From NCBI RefSeq assembly GCF_009914755.1, contig NC_060928.1: a stretch of DNA of 64,000 nucleotides; one strand, 5' to 3'. Position numbers and translations under genes: made by a program. The stretch's first letter is position 1. Each line of letters opens with the position of its first letter. This DNA is from the human T2T-CHM13v2.0 reference genome, Homo sapiens. The notes below the pieces were generated by a model that saw only the letters and a list, made by a program, of their open reading frames with translations, was not told the DNA's origin and ran no database searches. Shown piece by piece: positions 55,183-64,000 of this stretch.

Positions 55183-55202
55183 ATGTGTGTGTGTGAGTGT
55201 GT
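55083..55202. repeat. Poly-A tract followed by (TA)n(TG)n microsatellite
   Basis: A21 at 55083-55103; tatatatatatatatatatgtgtgtgtg... at ~55146-55202. Confidence 0.9.
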
Positions 55203-55379
55203 CTCCAAAACTGGAATACGTGGACCTACAGCAATCCTGGCATTGAGGAGTGTTAGTAGCTACATGAGACAGTCAGTATATTTTATAATTTCAACATTAT
55301 TAGAAAATCACAAATTGAAATACATTGTTTTAAAACTTAAAGTTAACTACTAGTGATATACAAATATGAAATAACTTCC

Positions 55380-56505
55380 AAAATACATGAAGAAGGAAAG
55401 AATAAGGAAAATTTTAGTGATAAAAATATAATAGCAAAATTAATATTAAGAAATATAAAAATCAAAAGTACTAAAATCAGATCAAATAGAATTTAAGGAA
55501 AAAACATTATATGGGAATAAACAATAACTTTATTTTATTACTAGAGGCCTGGAATGATATAGAAATAAAGCAGTTATGTGTCTTTACATGTTGAATATCA
55601 TAGCATTAAAATGTATAAAATAAAAATAAAATGCAAAAAAATTAACATGATCTCATAAAATCAGTGGGAGAATTTTTCAAATATTTCTTGGTATTTGAAA
55701 AATCAAGATAATAAAAGGTTATATGTTAAACAGCTGAAATCATATTTTAAGTAAAATTGTTTTAATAATCAAAAATTAACTTTTTTCAATTTGGCTTCAA
55801 ACATTTATAAGTTTTTAGCATAGCTCAGGGCACAGTTAAAATATCTGTAACATTCAAATCTGTATAGGTAATATTTCTGAACATATGCAATACTAATAAA
55901 AATTAACAATGAAGTTTTCAAAAATCCCATTTGAAAATATTATCTCCAAATAATTCTTAGTTCACAGATAAAAGTAGCAACATAATTATAGAATATTTAA
56001 CAAATAATTATAATAATATTACATATCTAAAGGTATGAATTATGGCCAAAGTTGTTTGCAAAGGAAATCTTATTGCAATAAGAAAAATTTATTATTTAAA
56101 TAAAACATAGTGAAAATAAACTAATAAGAGGCGAACTCAAGGAGCTAGAAAAGGAGTAACAAAACTAACTTGCAGAAAGATGGAATTCAAATACAATCAT
56201 GACTCAATAATTAGAAAATAGAAACAATGAAATAAATAAATAAATTCAAGACTCAAGTTTTTGAAAGTTTCCATGACAAGAATCTTCTATCATGGCTTCA
56301 ATACAACAAGGCAAAGCAAAATAAAACAACAAGCACAGAGGGTATAAATTTACCTATGGGGAATGGGAAAGAAAATAAAACTGCATACTCAATCACTACT
56401 TTCTAAACTAATAAATAGTATGTAAAATTCATTCTGATGATTTTCAAAATCGTGATGAAATTGATTCATTTAAAGGAAAATATAAACTATCTAAACTTAC
56501 TTAGT
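55380..56505 (+). mobile_element. Ancient L1M(E) ORF2 5' region remnant
   Basis: A-rich with decayed L1 phrases (aaaggaaatcttattgc, aactcaaggagctagaaaagga, gatgaaattgattcatttaaaggaaaatataaactatc). Confidence 0.55.
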
Positions 56506-56629
56506 GGAAAGATATTAATTTTTCACCTGCACACATGCCATTCTTAAAGGGCCCAGTGCCCTGTAGGAGCAGAGCTATAAATTGCAGGACCCTGACCAGT
56601 TAATCCCTGCCAGGGTGAATGCCTAACCT

Positions 56630-56950
56630 AATTTCTTCAGCTGGCATCTCTCTGAGAACAGAATCCCATCCTCCTCATCCTCCTCCCGCACTTCCTGTCC
56701 CCTTTAGTGCTTTACTATTATCATAGCCCTATCACTATCTAACACATCACCTGTTTTGTTATTTATGTTTTTTAGTATTGTCTGCCTCCTCTCCCTTGCC
56801 CCACACAAGTAAATGTAAGCTCCACCTGGCAGGATATTTGTTTTTTGGTACACTATCGACTCACAGATTCTAAACAGGAAATCGGGCACAAAGTTGGCAC
56901 AAATGTATATTTGTTGAATGAGTGAATAAATCAATTAATGAATGAATAAG
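56630..56950 (+). mobile_element. L2 LINE 3' end
   Basis: tattgtctgcctcc ... aatgtaagctccac ... ggcaggatatttg ... atatttgttgaatgagtgaat tail. Confidence 0.75.
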
Positions 56951-57541
56951 GGACCGATCTGTTATCTATAGAGAAATAAAGTTGATGATTTATATACGTG
57001 TTGATTTGGGTATATGCAAACAAAGGGAGTCTTAGACTACCATATGTGGCAAATACCATAGACTGTATTTAAGTGACCACAGGCATTTGTCTGCTGGTTC
57101 AAAAAAGAAGCTGAGTAGAGTGATAGTGAGAGAGAAAGAGAGAGAAGGAGATAGGTGAGTAGTGGAGGAAGAAGAAGAGGAAGAAGAGGAAAGAGAGTGA
57201 GAGGGGCGCTGCTTGTTTGCTTCTATGTTTTTATGAGGATCTGACTATTTTTGTACAGTTGGACTCCATGAAGAAAAAGATACTTTTTAATTGTTTGTTT
57301 GTTTTAAATCACAGACTCACTGATGTGTCAAATGTAAAATACAATAGCTTTTATTGGGCTTTCCACATCGTCTTAGATCTATCCCTTCAGGTCGAGAATT
57401 CCTAATTTTGACTGTACATTTACTACAACTATCTAACTTCTTGCTTATTGGTTTTGTTTTCTTCTTTAATACACAGGCACAGGCCCCACCCTGCCCCATG
57501 GGGTAGTTCTAATGTGTGGCCATGTTAAGAGCTGCTGCTTT

Positions 57542-59928
57542 AAAGACTCCACAAGAAAACTATTAGAACGGATAAGCAAATTCAGTAAAGTTGCAGGATA
57601 CAAAATTATACAAAAATCAGTAGCATTTTTGTATGTCAATAGTTAACAATCTGAAAAAGGAACAAAAAAGTAATCCTATTTACAATAGCCACATATAAAA
57701 TTAAATACCTAGGAATTAACTTTACCAAAGAAATGAAAGATATCTATAATGAAAATTAGAAAACACTGATGAAATAAATTGAACAGGACACCAAAAAATG
57801 GAAAAAGATTTTATGTTCATGGATTGGAAGAATCAATATTAATAAAATTTCCATACCACCAAAAGCAATCTACAGGTTCAGTGCAATCACTATCAAAATA
57901 CCAAAGATATTCTTCACAGAAATAGCAAAAACAATCCTAAAATGTATATGGAACCACAGAAGACCCAGAATAGCCAAAGATATCCTAAGCACAAAGAATG
58001 AAACTGGAGGAATCACATTACCTCATTTCAAATTATACTACAAATCTGTAATAATCAAAACAACATGGTACTGGCATAAAAACAGACACATAGATCAATG
58101 AAACAGAATAGAGAACCCAGAAACAAATCCACACACCTAAGCAAACCCATTTTCAACACAGGTGCCAAGAATATACAGCTGGAAAAAGACGGTCCCTTCA
58201 ATAAATGGTGCTGGGAAAACTGTATTATTCATACGCAGAAGAATGAAAATAGACCCCTATCTCTGCCATATACAAGAATCAAATCAAAATGAATTAAGAC
58301 CACCTCAAACCATTGAGCTATTACAAGAAAACATTGAGGGAAATCTCTTGGACATTGGTCTGGGCAAAAATTTCTTGAGTAATACCTTAGAAGCATGGCA
58401 ACCAAAACCACAATGGACAGAAGGGATCACATCAAGTTAAAAAGCTTCTGCACAGCCAAGTATACAATCAACAAAGTGAAGTGACAACTCATAGATTGGG
58501 AGAAAATATCTGCAAACTATTCATCTGACAAAGGATTAAGAATCAGAATATATAAAGAGGTCAAACAACTGAATAGGAAAAAATCTGATAATCCAATCAA
58601 AAATGGGCAAAAATTTGAATAGATAATAAGATCTGGCTGTGTTCTCAGCCAAATCTCAACTTGAATTTTATCCCCCAGAATTCCCACTTGTTGTAGGAGG
58701 GACCCAGGGGGAAGTAATTGAATCATGGGGGACAGTCTTTCCTGTGCTATTCTTGTGATAGTGCATAAGTCTCACCAGATCTGATGGGCTTATCAGGGGT
58801 TTCTGCTTTTGCTTCTTCCTCATTTTTCTCTTACCATCACCATGTAAGAAGTGCCTTCCACCTCCCACCATGATTCTGAGGCCTCCCCAGCCATATGAGA
58901 CTGTAAGTCCAAGTAAACCTCTTTTTGTTCCCAGTTTCAGGTATGTCATGATCAGCAGTGTGAAAATGGACTAATACAGCAGACATTTCTCAAAAGAAGA
59001 CATGGAAATTGTAAACAGATATATGTAAAGGTGCTCAACATCACTGATCGTCAGAGAAATGCAAATCAAAACTACAATGACGCATCATCTCACCCCAGGT
59101 AAAATAGCTTATATCCAAAAGGCAGGCAATAGCAAACACTGGAGATAAATTAGTACAACCACTATGGAGAACAGTTGGAGAGTCCTCAAAAAACTAAAAA
59201 TAAAGCTACCATATGATTCAGCAATTCCACTACTGGGTGTATACCCAAAAGAAAGGAAATCAGTATATCAGAGAGATATCTGCACTCCTATGTTTGTTTC
59301 AGATCTGTCTACAATAGCTAAGATTTGGAAGCAACCTAAGTGTCTATAAACTGATAAATGATTAGAGAAAATGTGGTACATATATACAGTGAATGACTAT
59401 TCAGCCATAAAAAAGAATGAGATCCAGTCACTTGCTACAACATGGATGGAAATGGAGATCATCAAGTTAAGTGACATAATCCAGGCACAGAAAGATAAAC
59501 CTTGCATGTTCTCACTTATTTGTGGGATCTAAAAATCAAAACAATTGAACTCATGAACATAGAGGGTAAGATGATGGTTACCAGAGACTGGGAAGGGTAG
59601 CGGGAGTTTGGTGGAGGGAAGATGGGGATGATTAATGGGTACAAAGTAATAGAATGAATAAGACCTACTATTTGATAGCACAACAGAGCAACTATAGCCA
59701 ATAATAACTTAATTTTACATTTTGAAATAACTTAAAGAATGTACTTGGACTGTTTGTAACTCAAATAATAAATACTTGAAGAAATGGCTACCCCATTTTC
59801 CATGATGTGCTTATTTCACATTGCATGCCTGTATCAAAGCATCTCATGTACTTCATAAATATATGCATCTATTATGTAGTCACAAAAATTAAACATAAGC
59901 AATTTTTAAAGACACAAACAAAAACTAA
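57542..59928 (+). mobile_element. L1MA (MA2-like) 5'-truncated LINE: ORF2 3' part plus 3' UTR, split by a THE1 LTR
   Basis: Broken ORF2 homology (KWCWEN; LKIKLPYDSAIPLLGVYPKE...CTPMF...TIAKIWKQPKC), L1MA2-type 3' end (gatgtgcttatttcacattgcatgcctgtatc); candidate TSD CTGCTGCTTT at 57532-57541 and 59929-59938. Confidence 0.9.
58624..58978 (+). mobile_element. THE1A-like MaLR solo LTR nested in the L1MA
   Basis: tggctgtgttctcagccaaatctc ... tatcaggggtttctgcttttgcttcttcctc ... aaaatggactaataca; L1 sequence gaataga|catttctc resumes across it. Confidence 0.88.
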
Positions 59929-60297
59929 CTGCTGCTTTGCTTTGCACAATGAACTCTATTAAAATGTTTTTTCAACTCACTTAAAGATGTCCACAGGTTC
60001 CTCCTAATAGTATACATGGGATTTTGCCCCTTTCTGTAAAAAAAACCTGTAACTCCGAAAGAAACTTTCAAACAATTAGCTTCGCCTACATCTAGCTCTG
60101 TCACAGCTGTTTAATTTTTAAGCTGTTAATCACCAACATAAAGTTTAAGCTCATACAGTTACTTTTATGTTTTTCTGTATTTTTAAATGACTTACAAGTT
60201 GATATCAGGATTTTTAAGTTCTCAGTTTGTTTCCCTGACAAAATAAATTTGACCAAGAAGCTAAAATCTTAAACTGAAGGTGGATTAAGTCAAATAC

Positions 60298-60557
60298 CTG
60301 CAGAGGGGCTTCAGGATGCTTCTCTCTCTGCACTGGAGCAGCGGGAACTTCCTGAGGGGGCTTTGATGTCTTCCTTTTGGCTTTTTCCATTTGAATATTG
60401 GTGAAATAGTTGACAGCAGCAAACTCGATAAGGGCCGAAAATACAAAAGCAAAGCAGACAGCTATGAACCAGTCCATGGCGGTAGCATAGGACACTTTGG
60501 GCAAAGAATGTCGTGCACTGATGCTTAGTGTGGTCATGGTGAGGACAGTTGTTATTC
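60298..60557 (-). CDS. GABRA4: GABA-A receptor alpha-4 subunit, penultimate coding exon (exon 8): TM2, TM3 and start of the intracellular loop
   Basis: Translates to (G)[86 protein letters not shown], a Cys-loop TM2/TM3 signature with the alpha-4 loop. Minus-strand acceptor ...ctcttttgctttgaag|GA (phase 1) and donor CAG|gtattt (phase 0); 260 bp. Confidence 0.98.
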
Positions 60558-60719
60558 CTTCAAAGCAAAAGAGCAGAGAGACAAAACACATTACCATCAT
60601 TTGTATTAAAAAGCACCGCCACCACCAACAAAAACCTAGAAAATCATGTGGAATAGGGTTAACAAAACTACAATAACTCAAAGAAAACCATCTTTGATGG
60701 AGAATTGGAATCTTAGTGG

Positions 60720-60900
60720 TTCAATAAAATTAGCACAGGCTTTGGAGTGAAAGATATGGTTCTAATCCTAGTTTTTCTCATAATTGGCTTAATATGTCTT
60801 GCCTTGAGTTTGGAAAATTCTTTGGGCTTTATTTGATACCCACTGATTGGGTTTTCTATAAAGGTTAAAAGCATGTAACGCACCTAGCACACAGTGGGAT
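60720..60900 (+). mobile_element. MIR fragment
   Basis: agcacaggctttggagtgaaagatatggttctaatcctag ... gcatgtaacgcacctagcacacagtg. Confidence 0.55.
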
Positions 60901-63900
60901 GATCCTGGAAACTGAGCCAACACACCCAACGGACTCAACAGACACACACCTCTCAGGAAGAGTAACTCACTGAAGCACTGACTCTCATCCAGGAATGGAA
61001 AGTGAGCAACACTGGCCTCCTAAATTTGAGCATCAGAATTTCTGGAGTTAAGCATGGCCCACTGCTATTGAGAACCACTGCCAGAAAAGGCATGAATTAT
61101 ACATAGGTCTTTCTTATCTTTAAATATTATCTATTGAATTAAAATACTAAATTTACTAGTTGTGCAGAAGCCTCATTTTTATAAAACAATAAAGTTATAT
61201 TACTGGACGAATAGATTTCCAGAGCAATTTGGCATTATAAATATTGGACCTTTACCACCCATCAGTTTACAACTGGCTGGAAAATATTTGCAAAAGGAAC
61301 AGAAGTACTTCTCCTCCATCAATAGGCTTCTGAAGCACCACATCCAGGAACGCTTTCTCCCTAGCTTGGAAAAAATGTCAGTTCCCACTCTTAGCAGAAA
61401 AATTCTCCTTGCCACTGGTACTATAGAGTAACACATTATTTAAGAATGCTAATATTTGAACTCTTGTCTATTTCTGCATCTATATATGTCTGTCTAATCC
61501 ATGTTATGCAGTTAAGTCTGGAAATTTTTGTGAGGATTTGCTACATCCATTTAAACTGATTCTATATAATGACTAGGATAGCTCCTGAAGTTGACACACA
61601 ACACATTTGGGGATGGTGATGATGATAATAATAGAACAATGATGTTGAAGGCATTTAAACTGCATATTGTAATCCATGCCAATCCCCAGCTGAAAGGCAA
61701 ATAATGCATGTTCAACCAAAGAAATAATGAGTCCGATGCAATATTAAAGGAATAAGGTATTTTGATTTGGAGAAAATAATATTGTCTCCTCAATTCAGAA
61801 TTTTGTTGTATTCTGCCTACTACTGTTCCTTAACTGATACAGGTGTGTAATCCTCATTTCCACAGCTTTATTAACCATAGTCTTCTTGAGGGTAGACAAG
61901 CCTAAGATTGCTTCAGGTTTATAATATGTCACATGGTGCTAGGCACAAGATAAATGCATGGAAATAAAAACTCATTTTTCCAGTTCCTCACCAATCCATT
62001 TTCTCTGAAATTCGGTCTCTTCTAAATCTTCAATGCTTAGAACATGAAAAATTGGAGCAACTGTGCAACACATGAGCTACACATCATTTATAAAGATCTG
62101 AGAATCCATACAGAGAAAGAAACTTGAGAATTTGGTTGTACTCCCTTTTAAAAATATTTTGTGACATTGTTAGCATTCTTATTAGTCTAAAATAGATTAT
62201 AAAATGAGTTTATTCAATATATAAATATCTGCATATCTATGAAAATGCTATATTGTGAATTTATTGGGTTTTATTTCAGAAAGGGACCTTGGAACATTTA
62301 GGCCTTCATTTTGAATCTCAGAAAAGTGGCACCACTCCCATGTTGGCTGTGAGATATATGAATAAACAATAAAATAACTGAAAATTTTTAGCTACGTTTG
62401 ACAATAGATGAAAATGTTTTTCTTGTTCATAACAATTTAAATTTAATGGGGTATTAAGAATTCAAAAATGTTCTATAACTTTCTCAGATATATAAGCAAT
62501 ATTTTTCCTCTAATGTCATAGAAACAATGCTAAAAGCAGTTAGAATAAAATATGAACAGTGCAGTATAAATAATAATACTACTCAGTACTCAGAAAATTC
62601 TACACACACCATAGTGTGATAACCAAAAAGGATACCCAAATTCAAATACAAGCAACTTAAGATTCCCTATGTTACTTTGAACTTTTTTTTTTTTTGTAAT
62701 AGGACTATTTTTCTTGGTGATCAGAAGTAGTGTTCTTCATCTTCTCCTCTTATCATGTGAATAAATGTCCTTACCAATGTCAAGCAAACAGAATACTAAT
62801 GCAGTTATTGACCCATAAATTCAGTAATTACTTTCCAATTGTTTAGGAGGATAGATCACCAGGTTCATGAGTTAAGTGGTGATGTGGATTATACTGGTTT
62901 ATTATACTGGTGGATTATGAAAACCAGTGGAATAGCAAACAGAAACCAACTCTTCAGAATAAGAATCCATGCTTCCTCTGCATCCAGGAAGACAATTCAT
63001 CTGTCGTGTATGGCTTAGCCGGCATCTACCCTGAACACATTTAAAAGCCATATTTTAAAAAATATATCCAATTATTGATGCCATTCCCTGCATTTAGCAT
63101 GCTGAATATGCACCATATTGGCTGGCCCAGAAGCTGAGTGAGGATGTGTAAGAGTAGGCAAAGACTGTACACAAGAGTGAATTTTTGGCTGGCCACTCCT
63201 AGAAAATGAAATAGCAATGATTAAGATATGCCAGCTGGCATTTACTTGTGTTTAATGTTTTACTATACTGGAATAATTAGAAAACTTAGAGGCATACAGC
63301 TTTGGAGATAGAAGGCCTTTGGAGAGATTTTTAGGACACTCTGCTCCTTTTATTACACTGATTTTTTTTGCTTTGTTTTTACACAGTCTCTAATGATGTC
63401 TCTGACCCAACAAATTATCTTCTTATGAGTGGAAAGGGAAATAAGAGTTAGGAAAGAAAAAAATTTGCCCAGAATTAATATTTACCTAAATCTCATATGA
63501 AAATAGATTGCTAATTTCCTCCTAAATACTTAAAACTTAACTTTTCTAAGAAAGTACCTTCATAGGCCCTCAATGATAGTCTAATAATTATCAATCTGAC
63601 ACATCTTAGGTCTTTGAAGACTTAATTACAGACATAATTTGTCTGCTCAACTGAAAACAATATCTTGGCACATGGGCACAAAAGATGGGTAAATTTCTAA
63701 TGAAAAAAAAAACACCCACAAAGCATCTTTAGCACATATCCATGTAATCTCACTCAGCAGTTCTGGAACTCTCCACAAGCCCCCACATCCCCACACCTCC
63801 TGTGAAGACAGACTGACTGAGTTGTCAAAGTTAGACAGAAATTGTCTTGGGTCCACCAATTACAATTTGATTTTATACAAGTTTCTTAATATGTTTGAGT

Positions 63901-64000
63901 CATTTCCCTTAACTATAAAAATAATGACTACCTTGCTGAGTAATTATTAAGGTTAACAATATTTGGCAAATCTGTTTATCATTGGTACTAGTAATACTAA

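Noticed and set aside
58098-59349. ORFs with L1 ORF2 similarity
   Set aside because: Frameshifted, stop-ridden fragments of a 5'-truncated L1MA; not an active element or domesticated gene.
60558-60681. N-terminal part of the 155-aa ORF 60214..60681 (MSYCSFVNP...LLFCFE)
   Set aside because: Intronic sequence including the polypyrimidine tract; GABA-A receptor homology starts only at the acceptor at 60557.

Overview
Human (primate) genomic DNA that I recognise as the 4p12 GABRA4-COX7B2 junction; the AluYb8 copy points to human. On the minus strand it holds the last two coding exons of GABRA4 (GABA-A receptor alpha-4): 60298-60557 (TM2, TM3, start of the M3-M4 loop) and 23538-24065 (rest of the loop, TM4, stop), separated by a ~36.2 kb intron. 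A very long AT-rich 3' UTR probably ends near 14215-14225. A small CpG-containing promoter with a minus-strand splice donor at ~4490-4680 fits the non-coding first exon of the testis gene COX7B2 (identity from recalled gene order, not from coding sequence in the window). The remainder is interspersed repeats (10 Alus, L1, L2, MIR, MaLR LTRs, hAT DNA transposons) and microsatellites. I see no new multi-gene system. The best leads are an apparent in-frame one-codon (Pro) loss in GABRA4 versus my recollection of the reference, a GABRA3-like A-to-I editing hairpin in the TM3 exon, the alternative polyadenylation layout of the 3' UTR, and the Alu cluster around the germline promoter. Repeat subfamily calls and most repeat boundaries are by eye.
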